Origin: Eledone cirrhosa
Lineage: Eukaryota
Assembly (NCBI GenBank): GCA_964016885.1
Contig: OZ024744.1
Span: forward strand, 93,434,001-93,498,000
Reading direction: 5' to 3'
DNA: 64,000 bases
Both the position numbers and the translations under genes were made by a program. Below are positions 12,895-25,843 of the stretch, one piece after another (the stretch's first letter is position 1; each line of letters begins with the position of its first letter). The notes beneath the pieces are model-generated. The model ran no database searches and had not been told where the DNA came from. It saw nothing but the letters and a program-made list of their open reading frames with translations.

Positions 12895-15800
12895 ATTTAC
12901 ATTACTCTATATTTACTATTATATTTTCACTGTAAAGGCTTTACCTCACATAATTATCTCACATAATATCTCACATAACATTCCTATTACTCTATATTTA
13001 CTATTATATTTTCACTGTAAAGGCTTTACCTCACATAATTATCTCACATATCTCACATAACATTTACATTACTCTATGTTTACTATGTGACACAGAGGAG
13101 ACTGAGGTTGGCTGGACATGCTCACCGACATCCAGAGTTGACATTGCACTCAGTGCTCCTTTGGGAGCCCCTACATGGACACACTAGAAGAGGAAGACCA
13201 AGGTTAACATATGTTGATGCCCTAAGGACAGACACTGGTCTGTTGGAGATGCAGGATATGGCAGCGATAATGAGGGACAGAGACCGCTGGAGAGAACTCG
13301 TCCATGGATCTTGGGAATTTTACCCGCCTTAGATAGATAGATGTTTACTATTATATTTTCACTGTAAAGGCTTTACCTCACATAATTATCTCACATAATA
13401 TCTCACATAACATTTACATTACTCTATATATACTATTATATTTTCACTGTAAAGGCTTTACCTCACATAATTATCTCACATAATATCTCACATAACATTC
13501 ACATTACTCTATACTATTATATTTTCACTGTAAAGGCTTTACCTCACATAATTATATCACATAATATCTCACATAACATTCACATTACTCTATGTTTACT
13601 ATTATATTTTCACTGTAAAGGCTTTACCTCACATAATTATATCACATAATATCTCACATAACATTCACATTACTCTATATATACTATTATATTTTCACTG
13701 TAAAGGCTTTACCTCACATAATTATATCACATAATATCTCACATAACATTCACATTACTCTATATATACTATTATATTTTCACTGTAAAGGCTTTACCTC
13801 ACATAATTATATCACATAATATCTCACATAACATTCACATTACTCTATATATACTATTATATTTTCACTGTAAAGGCTTTACCTCACATAACATTCACAT
13901 TACTCTATGTTTACTATTATATTTTCACTGTAAAGGCTTTACCTCACATAATTATCTCACATAATATCTCACATAACATTCACATTACTCTATATATACT
14001 ATTATATTTTCACTGTAAAGGCTTTACCTCACATAATTATCTCACATATCTCACATAACATTCACATTACTCTATATATACTATTATATTTTCACTGTAA
14101 AGGCTTTACCTCACATAACATTTACATTACTCTATATATACTATTATATTTTCACTGTAAAGGCTTTACCTCACATAATTATCTCACATAATATCTCACA
14201 TAACATCTACATTACTCTATATATACTATTATATTTTCACTGTAAAGGCTTTACCTCACATAACATTTACATTACTCTATATATACTATTATATTTTCAC
14301 TGTAAAGGCTTTACTTCACATAATTATCTCACATAATATCTCACATAACATTTACATTACTCTATGTTTACTATTATATTTTCACTGTAAAGGCTTTACC
14401 TCACATAATTATCTCACATAATATCTCACATAACATTTACATTACTCTATATATACTATTATATTTTCACTGTAAAGGCTTTACCTCACATAATTATATC
14501 ACATAATATCTCACATAACATTCACATAACTCTATATATACTATTATATTTTCACTGTAAAGGCTTTACCTCAGATAATTATATCACATAACATCTCACA
14601 TAACATTCACATAACTCTATATATACTATTATATTTTCACTGTAAAGGCTTTACCTCACATAATTATATCACATAATATCTCACATAACATTCACATTAC
14701 TCTATATATACTATTATATTTTCACTGTAAAGGCTTTACCTCACATAATTATATCACATAATATCTCACATAACATTCACATTACTCTATATATACTATT
14801 ATATTTTCACTGTAAAGGCTTTACCTCACATAACATTCACATTACTCTATGTTTACTATTATATTTTCACTGTAAAGGCTTTACCTCACATAATTATCTC
14901 ACATAATATCTCACATAACATTCACATTACTCTATATATACTATTATATTTTCACTGTAAAGGCTTTACCTCACATAATTATCTCACATATCTCACATAA
15001 CATTCACATTACTCTATATATACTATTATATTTTCACTGTAAAGGCTTTACCTCACATAACATTTACATTACTCTATATATACTATTATATTTTCACTGT
15101 AAAGGCTTTACCTCACATAATTATCTCACATAATATCTCACATAACATCTACATTACTCTATATATACTATTATATTTTCACTGTAAAGGCTTTACCTCA
15201 CATAACATTTACATTACTCTATATATACTATTATATTTTCACTGTAAAGGCTTTACTTCACATAATTATCTCACATAATATCTCACATAACATTTACATT
15301 ACTCTATGTTTACTATTATATTTTCACTGTAAAGGCTTTACCTCACATAATTATCTCACATAATATCTCACATAACATTTACATTACTCTATATATACTA
15401 TTATATTTTCACTGTAAAGGCTTTACCTCACATAATTATATCACATAATATCTCACATAACATTCACATAACTCTATATATACTATTATATTTTCACTGT
15501 AAAGGCTTTACCTCAGATAATTATATCACATAACATCTCACATAACATTCACATAACTCTATATATACTATTATATTTTCACTGTAAAGGCTTTACCTCA
15601 CATAATATCTCACATAATATCTCACATAACATTCACATTACTCTATATATACTATTATATTTTCACTGTAAAGGCTTTACCTCACATAATTATCTCACAT
15701 AATATCTCACATAACATTCACATTACTCTATATATACTATTATATTTTCACTGTAAAGGCTTTACCTCACATAATTATATCACATAATATCTCACATAAC

Positions 15801-15960
15801 ATTTACATTACTCTATATATACTATTATATTTTCACTGTAAAGGCTTTACTTCACATAATTATCTCACATAATATCTCACATAACATTCACATTACTCTA
15901 TATATACTATTATATTTTCACTGTAAAGGCTTTACCTCACATAATTATCTCACATAATAT
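12895..15960. repeat. 83-bp AT-rich minisatellite with 60- and 80-bp variants, roughly 35 units
   Basis: Unit CATTACTCTATATATACTATTATATTTTCACTGTAAAGGCTTTACCTCACATAATTATCTCACATAATATCTCACATAACATTYA. Confidence 0.97.
13087..13340 (+). mobile_element. 5'-truncated RTE-type LINE 3' end
   Basis: ORF RRLRLAGH...LLWEP.HG..RRGRP..TYVD...DRDRWR; (TAGA)n tail; 11-bp TSD ATGTTTACTAT at 13076-13086 and 13341-13351. Confidence 0.9.
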
Positions 15961-16214
15961 CGAATCTATGAGATTTTTCTATTATTTATTTTAAGAACAA
16001 TACCTTAACAATAGTATGAGTAGCCAGTTTCAGCCAGTTTGAACAGAAAGAGGTGAGAGAATTCTGGCTGGATACGGCCAGTTTAAATGCTATAAGATTA
16101 ATGTGATCTTCTCCATACAGACAACTTCACTCTCATTGAAGGGTCAATCCACCTACTGGACCCAACGGACAGGATGGAGAAGATGTTGTTCCGGAAGATG
16201 GCTCAAGGGAAATG

Positions 16215-16960
16215 TGTTGGAATGGCCATTCAAATTCTGGGGCTTTGCTCCTGGATGTTAGTCAGCTCTGCTATGAGAGTAGGGAGTAGGGGATTTGGTC
16301 CGGAGGCCGAGGATGCCGGAAGCCTCCTTCTGCCACAAATGTGACCGGCTGGACCGAGGGGATGGTAAAAGGCCAGATGGCATGACCGTCTTCCCGTTCT
16401 GTGGTGGCAAACCCCCTCATCTGGGATGTCACGTGCAGCGACACTTTCTCCAGCCGCAACCTGGTGCAGTCTGCGACTAACCCAGGTACTGCTGCACGTC
16501 AGGATGTGGGGAGGCCTTCTCCATCCTGTCCGCCGGGGCTGTGGGGAGACCTTCTCCATCCTGTCCGCCGGGGCTGTGGGGAGACCTTCTCCATCCTGTC
16601 CGCCAGGGCTGAGGGGAGGCCTTCTCCATCCTGTCCGCTGGGGCTGTGGGTAAACCTTCTCCATCCTGTCCGCCGGGGCTGAGGGGAGGCCTTCTCCATC
16701 CTGTCCGCCGGGGCTGAGGGGAGGCCTTCTCCATCCTGTCCGCCGGGGCTGTGGGGAGGCCTTCTCCATCCTGTCCGCCGGGGCTGAGGGGAGGCCTTCT
16801 CCATCCTGTCCGCCGGGGCTGTGGGGAGGCCAGCACGAGGGACCCCATTTGCTCACCATACAGATTAATAGGCAAAGTTATAAACTATTGTAAATAAATG
16901 TTTGTGAATCTAAGTTGGATCTAGTGAAAATATAACATAATAAATATAAGATAAAAAATA
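16215..16960 (+). mobile_element. CRE-like RLE non-LTR retrotransposon 3' remnant
   Basis: Frameshifted LDRGDGKRPDGMTVFPFCGGKP/LIWDVTCSDT is the RPD...WDVT restriction-like endonuclease motif. An AT-rich 3' region follows. Confidence 0.7.
16507..16831. repeat. 35-bp GC-rich minisatellite, ~9 copies
   Basis: Unit GGGGAGGCCTTCTCCATCCTGTCCGCCGGGGCTGW; period 35. Confidence 0.95.
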
Positions 16961-17056
16961 TGAATTAATAAAAACTTTTGGCCTGACGGGGTGGTGCTTT
17001 TGATTCATAGTGACCAGAGTTGTGTTTTGATCAGATTGGTATTGAAAAGGGATTCC

Positions 17057-17351
17057 ACAACAACAACAACAACAACAACAACAGCAGCAGCAGGAGCAGC
17101 AGCAGCAGGAGCAGCAGCAGCAACAACAACAACGACAACGACGACAAAAACGACAACAATAGCAGCAACAACTACAGCCACACCAACACCGACACCAACA
17201 CCAACAGCAACAACAGAAGCAAAAACAACATCAACATCATCATCATCATCAACAACAAACCATATAACAGCAGCAGCAGCAGCAGCAACAACAACAACAC
17301 AACTACAACAACAAAGACATCATCATCATCATCAACAACAACAACACCACC

Positions 17352-17382
<31 letters not shown>

Positions 17383-17519
17383 TCATTAACTACAGCAACA
17401 ACAACTACTACAACAACAACAACAACAACAAACGCAACAACAACAACATCATCAACAACAGCAACAACAACATCAACAACACCACCACCACCACCACCAA
17501 CAACAACAACAAACAACTA

Positions 17520-17572
<53 letters not shown>

Positions 17573-17580
17573 ACAGCAGC
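17057..17580. repeat. Compound trinucleotide microsatellite (CAA/CAG/CAC/CAT)
   Basis: Directly visible. Confidence 0.95.
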
Positions 17581-17820
17581 ACATCCAATCTGTTGAAAAA
17601 AAAATGCTTTAAAAGTAACCAGGGGTTAGAAAAGAAGAATACCTTAATTGAAACATTAGGTGTTCACCTGCAGAAAGGTCCTCGTTAAGGTACATGATTA
17701 AAATAGAATACAAGCTACCTGTTACATTGTTGTTTCTTATGTTTATTTTTATTTTTTAAACTTTTTTATTGTTTTTAAAAAAATAAAGTATATTCAGTCA
17801 CTCATCAAGGTTTGTGCATC

Positions 17821-17919
17821 TACATACACACACACAGACTCACACATATATATACATATACACTCACACACACACACACACACATATATATACATATACA
17901 CTCACACACATACACACAT

Positions 17920-17973
<54 letters not shown>

Positions 17974-18117
17974 TCACACACATACACACACACACACACA
18001 GACACACACATATATATATAAATATATATATACAGTCACACACATACACACACACACACACAGACACACACATATATATATATATATACACTCACACACA
18101 CACACACATACACACAG

Positions 18118-18191
<74 letters not shown>

Positions 18192-18499
18192 TCACACACA
18201 TACACACACACACACACAGACACACACATATATATATAAATATATATATACAGTCACACACATACTCACACACACACATATATACATATATATATATATA
18301 TACTCACACATACATACATATACACGCATGCATACATACACATACATACATTACACACACACACACACATACATACATATGCATGTGTGTAGTGTATTTA
18401 TTTATTTATTTGAAAGAAGCTGGATGATTCACCCAGTCACCTCTGCAAACATATATATATATATATATATACATGTGTGTGTGTGTGTGTGTGCCTGTA

Positions 18500-18532
<33 letters not shown>

Positions 18533-18560
18533 GCATAGATATGTGTATATATATATACAT

Positions 18561-18591
<31 letters not shown>

Positions 18592-18659
18592 AATATATGT
18601 GTGTGTGTGTCTGTCTGTATGTGTGTGTATATATATATATGCATAGATATGTGTATATG

Positions 18660-18732
<73 letters not shown>

Positions 18733-18790
18733 AAATATATGTGTGTATGTATGTGTGTCTGTATATGTGTGTATATATATATATGCATAG

Positions 18791-18830
<40 letters not shown>

Positions 18831-18862
18831 CCCTTGCCATACATATATGTATAGATATGTGA

Positions 18863-18903
<41 letters not shown>

Positions 18904-19060
18904 TATATAAAAATTTATGTATGTATATATTTATACATATTTACAGTTTGCGTGACCTTAGACATTAGTGTGTTGGGATTTGTATACCACAGTATAGTGT
19001 GTAGTAAGTAAATTCAGTATGTTTGTGTGTATGTATATATGTATATATGTATATATATAC

Positions 19061-19094
<34 letters not shown>

Positions 19095-19945
19095 ATAGTT
19101 AGCTTCTGTTAGTTGTGTTTCCAATAGCTCCCTTAACTGTATGTCAGTACAGACCATGTCACCTGAACCAGCTTTAAAATTTTACCCCAAGGCAAATATC
19201 TAAACACACATACATCTGTATACATACATGCATATACATACATACTTACATACATACATACACACATATTTACACATACATACATACATACACATATATA
19301 CATATTTACATAGATACAAACATAAATGCACACATATATACATATTTACATAGATACAAACATACATACACATATATACATATTTACATAGATACAAACA
19401 TACATGCACACATATATACATATTTACATAGATACAAACATACATACACATATATATATATTTACATAGATACAAACATACATGCACACATATATACATA
19501 TTTACATAGATACAAACATACACATATATACATATTTACATAGATACAAACATACATGCACACATATATACACATACAAACATACTTACATAGATACAAA
19601 TATACATACATATATACATACATATATACATACATATAAACATACATTAATACATATAGACACATACACACACACACACACACACACAGTCATATATACA
19701 TACATGCATACATATATCCACATATAAGCATATTTACATAGATTCATACATACATACATATATCCACATATAAGCATATTTACATAGATACATACATACA
19801 TACATACATATATACATACTTACATACATAAACACACATACACACACATACATACATTCATACATACATACATACGTACATACATACGTACATACATACG
19901 TACATACACATATAGACACACACAGACATATACATATATACATAC
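17821..19945. repeat. Compound CA/TA/TG/TACA microsatellite field with local higher-order units
   Basis: Directly visible. ACATATTTACATAGATACAAACATAC repeats at 19300-19600; short unique gaps near 18380-18450 and 18940-19200. Confidence 0.93.
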
Positions 19946-20563
19946 ATGTTAGGTGATTACAAAGATTTACAACAAGAATGTTTCCAATGGTGAAATAAGT
20001 CTACTTTGAGAAGAACAATGTCAAACAGACAGACAGACAATACAAGTAAAAAACAAAATGAAACAAAAACAAAAACAAACAGAAAACAAACCCCAAAAAC
20101 AAAATACAACAACAAAAAAACCTTTATCAAATACTAGCAAAATACAAAATCATACAAACACACAAAAAAAACAACAATACTTCTGACTTCCAGTAAACCC
20201 CCCCCCCCCCCTAAACAATTATAAAGAAAAAACACCAAATGAGGAAAGCAAAGATAGACAGAGAGAAAATGGTAAGTTATTGACAAAAGAAGAGAAAATT
20301 TGAGAAACTCGAGTATATATCAATATAACGTTAGAATTTGTATTTAAAATACCGTAGTATTATTTAAAACATTCAAGCATTAGCTGCTTCAGATTCAGCA
20401 CTCAATACTTATGGCTAGAGTGTAGATGAGATTAACATTTTTTCCTTTCTTTTTTGAGTAGAAAAGCAATAATGACTTTGAAATTTCCATTCGGTTACTT
20501 CATATGTACTTGCAAATGTAAAACAGCATGCAAGACTCTGAACGAAAAGACAATTAAACTTAA

Positions 20564-20783
20564 CCCTTTAGCATTTACATTACTTTATATATAACATTGT
20601 ATGTTCACGGTAAAGGCTTTATCTCACATAATATCTCACATAATATCGAATCTATGAGATTTTGATATTATTTATTTTGAGGACAATACCTTAACATCAG
20701 TATGAGCGGTCAGTTACAACCGGTTTGAACAGAAAGAGGTGAGAGAATTTTGGCCGGATACGGCTGGTTTAAATGTTAAAGGG
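20564..20783 (+). mobile_element. 220-bp piggyBac-type MITE (reference unexpanded copy)
   Basis: TTAA TSD on both sides; TIRs CCCTTTAGCATTTA / TAAATGTTAAAGGG. Confidence 0.9.
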
Positions 20784-20939
20784 TTAAAAAGATATGTTTT
20801 TGATAATCTGAAAATAGAGAAAGCAAGCTACGCTAAACATCTACTTTTTAAAGATGTTATAAAGATCCTTTTTTTTATATATATAAAAGTTGTGCTTTTC
20901 AAATCACCCTTTCCTTTTTATTATCATTTTCCTTATATA

Positions 20940-21121
20940 AGACGCCCCACTGGACAGGATGCCAGCTCACCGGATGGTTAAACCCCCAGCTATTGCTGGT
21001 ACTCATTTTCAGCTGAGTATACTGGAGCAACGTGAAATGAAGTGTTTTGCTCAAGAACACAACACACAACCCAGGAATTGAACCCACGAGATTATGATCA
21101 TAAGTCCAACACCCTTACCAC
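20940..21121 (-). mobile_element. tRNA-derived CORE-like SINE
   Basis: Reverse strand shows AGTGGTAAG...GGTTCAATTCC boxes, then GTGTTCTTGAGCAAAACACTTCATTTCAC. Confidence 0.75.
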
Positions 21122-21289
21122 TTATATATATGTATAATATACATTGTATATATGCGAGACAAACCACAAACCCTCCATCTCAATTTTAGTTTTGAAAAGC
21201 ATAAGAACTGTAAAACCAGTAAAGGAAATAAATAAATATTCTTAAAAAGACTCCAGTTGCATTTTTGATTTCTTTTCCTTATATATGTA

Positions 21290-22040
21290 CTAGCAGAATG
21301 GCCCGGCGTTGCTCGGGCTTCTAAACATAGATTGGCATGTTTATCCCTCCTTTCTGAAACAGTACAGAAAAGTACGGAATACCTCGGCCTGGGGATGGTG
21401 TCTACATTTTGTGCTTATAAAAAAAATTTGTTGTAGATTACCAGGGGTTTAACTTAATTGGGTGCCTGAGAGTAAAATGTTCAACCCACGAAAGCCAAGA
21501 CGATAGGGTTAAGTAAAAAGGCATTCGACAAACCGAACATGTATTTGTTATGCTATGGTTCAATGAAAGTTACAGAGCAGTAAGCATGTGGGACTGCAGT
21601 GGTGGAGAGCATGAAGGAATTTAGTTGGTTACAAACATCTACCCAATCCGATATAGACTGAACTGTTATATCGGATGCCGAACACTTCGGAGTTACTATT
21701 GGGGTCACCATCAACAATTTCAAGGGATGTACATTTAAGTAGGGATAATATAGTCTATAAAGAGAGGTAACTCTTTCAAAATACTAAAGAGTTGTCTCTC
21801 TTGAACATTCTAGACAAAATTGCCGAACTGACAAAAAGGGCTTAAAGTTTTAGTGAAAAAAACGCCTTTAACGACAGAAAATTGGAAACTAAAAGCTGCA
21901 GTTAATATCTTTAGACCGCAAGGAATTTATAAATGCAAGTTTGAAGTCAATCGGAGTAGAAATGTGGATTTGTATAGACTTTCCAAAATTAGGACACACA
22001 CACACACACACACACAGACCACTTCAGTTATATATATATG
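21290..22040 (-). mobile_element. Non-autonomous Helitron
   Basis: The minus-strand 3' end has hairpin GCCCGAGCAACGCCGGGC (21301-21318) a few nt before CTAG followed by T. The other end has a (TA)n/(CA)n-rich subterminal region; 5' boundary approximate. Confidence 0.7.
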
Positions 22041-22047
22041 TATATGT

Positions 22048-22082
<35 letters not shown>

Positions 22083-22141
22083 TGCACGCGCATGTGTGTG
22101 TGTGTGCATGCATGTGTGTGTGTGCATGCATGTGTGTGTGT

Positions 22142-22375
22142 GTAAAAAGTAAATAAAAATAGCAAAGCAAACGACACACTAAATTGAAGAGATATATTAG
22201 TTTAATGCTTGAAAAAGCAGGAAAAGAGTCATAACCTTTTAGACTCTAGTTCTTCATCAGAAGATAGTTAGAAATAAAAGATAAAATAGAAAGATAAAGA
22301 GTGAGAAAAAAAAAAAAGGATTGGGGAATAAAAATGAGGAAAAAAGGTGGAAAAAACACACACGCATTTTTGAAG
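22142..22375 (-). mobile_element. Penelope-like terminal-repeat fragment with a degenerate hammerhead core
   Basis: Reverse complement of the family at 32725-32950; CTGATGA-AGAACTAGAGTCT-AAAA. Confidence 0.55.
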
Positions 22376-22500
22376 ATTATATATATAGTTCCCGTATGAG
22401 CAAGACAAAGTCACCGAACCTGGCATTGCCCACAACAGGATAACCCGACTAACCCATGCTAGCATGGAAGAATGGACGTAAAACAGTGATGATGATGATG

Positions 22501-22538
<38 letters not shown>

Positions 22539-22832
22539 TTGTGGTCTTGTTTTGCTTAACTAATGAATATATATATATCATCATCATCATCATCATCAAC
22601 GTTTAACGTCCGTGTTCCACGCTTGCATGGGTCAAGCAAATTATAAACGTAAACATGTAAGTATGTTTTTGAAACGGTGCACGAGTTTGAAATTAGAAAT
22701 TAGAAATTATAAGCTTTCACCGTATTTTAGACTAAAGAAATTTCTAGCCTGATAGTGGGGTTTATAACCCTCGGAGAAATGGAAAAAGATGAGTGTTGCC
22801 GAACATGGGAGGGTATATATATATACACACAT

Positions 22833-23140
22833 GGAGGCACATGGCTTAGTGGTTAGAGCATTGGCCTTGCAATCGAAAGGTTGTGAGTTCAATTCTCAGA
22901 CCGGGTGATGTGTTGTTTCCTTGAGCAAGAGACTTTATTTCACATTGCTCCAGTTTACTCAGCTGTAGAAATGAGATGATAGGACTGGAGTCCCTATCAT
23001 TCCACTGCAAAGTGGTCATGGAAGTGCCACGGCAAAAAAGCACCACCCAGCACTCACTTAGAAATCAAGCCAGAATCAGTTCCTGTCCCACCCTTGCAAG
23101 CAGGGAAAAGCGGACGTAAAATGATGATGATGATGATGAT
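22833..23140 (+). mobile_element. tRNA-head CORE-like SINE with RTE-derived tail (family A)
   Basis: A box TGGCTTAGTGG, B box GAGTTCAATTC, CORE-like TCCTTGAGCAAGAGACTTTA, tail CTTGCAAGCAGGGAAAAGCGGACGTAAAA(TGA)n. Confidence 0.88.
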
Positions 23141-23789
23141 ACATACACACACACAAATAATAAATCAAAACATATCAAATATGTTTAGAATTTTGTGTTT
23201 CTCAATAAGGAAGCGCAATAGATATTATCAAGAGCCATAATAAACCAAGTGAAAAAGATATATATATATAGAGAGAGAGATAGAAAGAACCATGTATCAT
23301 ATAAGAATCATGGTATATTGTATATATACCAAATACATATTCTATAGAAGAATATCTACACAGGTGGAATCATAAGAGACCTTATAGTGGCATTTCATAC
23401 CCAGAGAGTGCAGCTAAAAATCAATCTATGTAATCGATCATCGAAAAAAAGAATCAATCAATATAATTGATCATCAAAGACAAACTACCGATTATATTTA
23501 AACCACATGAGACTCAGCTACTCATCAGAGGTTAGTCTCATCATTTTAGGAGAAATATAGATCCAAGAAGGTACATAAGACAATATACTTGTCAATAACC
23601 ATAGAGATGTCTAATGCAAGCATCATGCTGAACACCACATGGTGAAATCACGTTAAATCCAAGGCAAATAGAAATCAACAAGGTGGATGTTAATTCTGCT
23701 AGAAATAGGAGTTGGGATTTTAGCCACCCAGCTCAACAAGTTTAAAGATTTGGAGCTGTTAAATAGAAATAATGAATCAAAACATCAGG

Positions 23790-25836
23790 GACAGTCCAAG
23801 GATCAAGGACACCAAACGTCTTGAGGGTAACTGACACAATAGTGACAGTCCAAGGACCAAGGACACCAGAGGTCTTGAGGGTAACTGACACAATAGTGAC
23901 AGTCCAAGGACCAAGGACACCAAAGGTCTTGAGGGTAACTGACACAATAGTGACAGTCCAAGGACCAAGGACACCAGAGGTCTTGAGGGCGACTGACACA
24001 ATAGTGACAGTCCAAGGAGCAAGGACACCAGAGGTCTTGAGGGTAACTGACACAATAGTGACAGTCAAAGGACCAAGGACACCAGAGGTCTTGAGGGTAA
24101 CTGACACAATAGTGACAGTCCAAGGACCAAGGACACCAAAGGTCTTAAGGTTAATAGACACAATAGTGACAGTCCAAGGACCAAGGACACCAGAAGTCTT
24201 GAAGGTAACTGACACAATAGTGACAGTCCAAGGACCAAGGACACCAGAAGTCTTGAGGGTAACTGACACAATAGTGACAGTCCAAGGACCAAGGACACCA
24301 GAAGTCTTGAGGGTAACTGACACAATAGTGACAGTCCAAGAACCAAGGACACCAGAGGTCTTGAGGGTAACTGACACAATAGTGACAGTCCAAGGGCCAA
24401 GGACACCAAAGGTCTTGAGGGTAACTGACACAATAGTGACAGTCCAAGGAGCAAGGACACCAGAGGTCTTGAGGGTAACTGACACAATAGTGACAGTCCA
24501 AGGATCAAGGACACGAAAGGTCTTGAAGGTAACTGACACAATAGTGACAGTCCAAGGACCAAGGACACCAGAGGTCTTGAGGGTAACTGACACAATAGTG
24601 ACAGTCAAAGGACCAAGGACACCAGAGGTCTTGAGGGTAACTGACACAATAGTGACAGTCCAAGGAGCAAGGACACCAGAGGTCTTGAGGGTAACTGACA
24701 CAATAGTGACAGTCCAAGGACCAAGGACACCAGAAGTCTTGAGGGTAACTGACACAATAGTGACAGTCCAAGGACCAAGGACACCAGAAGTCTTGAGGGT
24801 AACTGACACAATAGTGACAGTCCAAGGACCAAGGACACCAGAAGTCTTGAGGGTAACTGACACAATAGTGACAGTCCAAGGACCAAGGACACCAGGGGTC
24901 TTGAGGGTAACTGACACAATAGTGACAGTCCAAGGGCCAAGGACACCAAAGGTCTTGAGGGTAACTGACACAATAGTGACAGTCCAAGGAGCAAGGACAC
25001 CAGAGGTCTTGAGGGTAACTGACACAATAGTGACAGTCCAAGGACCAAGGACACCAAAGGTCTTGAAGGTAACTGACACAATAGTGACAGTCCAAGGACC
25101 AAGGACACCAGAGGTCTTGAGGGTAACTGACACAATAGTGACAGTCAAAGGACCAAGGACACCAGAGGTCTTGAGGGTAACTGACACAATAGTGACAGTC
25201 CAAGGAGCAAGGACACCAGAGGTCTTGAGGGTAACTGACACAATAGTGACAGTCCAAGGACCAAGGACACCAAAGGTCTTGAAGGTAACTGACACAATAG
25301 TGACAGTCCAAGGACCAAGGACACCAGAGGTCTTGAGGGTAACTGACACAATAGTGACAGTCCAAGGAGCAAGGACACCAGAAGTCTTGAAGGTAACTGA
25401 CACAATAGTGACAGTCCAAGGACCAAGGACACCAGAGGTCTTGAGGGTAACTGACACAATAGTGACAGTCCAAGGAGCAAGGACACCAGAGGTCTTGAGG
25501 GTAACTGACACAATAGTGACAGTCCAAGGACCAAGGACACCAGAGGTCTTGAGGGTAACTGACACAATAGTGACAGTCCAAGGACCAAGGACACCAGAGG
25601 TCTTGAGGGCGACTGACACAATAGTGACAGTCCAAGGAGCAAGGACACCAGAGGTCTTGAGGGTAACTGACACAATAGTGACAGTCCAAGGAGCAAGGAC
25701 ACCAGAGGTCTTGAGGGTAACTGACACAATAGTGACAGTCCAAGGAGCAAGGACACCAGAGGTCTTGAGGGTAACTGACACAATAGTGACAGTCCAAGGA
25801 CCAAGGACACCAGAAGTCTTGAGGGTAACTGACACA
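23790..25836. repeat. 54-bp minisatellite, ~38 copies
   Basis: Unit GACAGTCCAAGGACCAAGGACACCAGAGGTCTTGAGGGTAACTGACACAATAGT; the GTCAAAG variant recurs every 540 bp (24061, 24601, 25141). Confidence 0.98.
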
Positions 25837-25843
25837 AAAAAGA

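Larger units (their letters stand above)
12886..16097 (+). mobile_element. piggyBac-type MITE (normally ~220 bp) inflated to 3.2 kb by an internal 83-bp satellite
   Basis: Left end TTAA|CCCTTTACCATTTA; right end TAAATGCTATAAGA|TTAA. The 3' part (15960-16097) aligns by eye with the unexpanded copies at 20564, 35135 and 38010. Confidence 0.88.

Noticed and set aside
12853-16140. 33-bp imperfect direct repeat flanking the expanded MITE, as a long TSD
   Set aside because: TTAA already accounts for the TSD, and five mismatches fit an older tandem duplication that the MITE interrupted.
9550-19943. HTYI/MYVC/YIYI and poly-T/N/Q ORFs
   Set aside because: Translations of microsatellites.
22833-22905. 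tRNA gene
   Set aside because: The A/B boxes belong to a SINE head present in three near-identical copies with CORE-like body and RTE tail; no full cloverleaf is evident.
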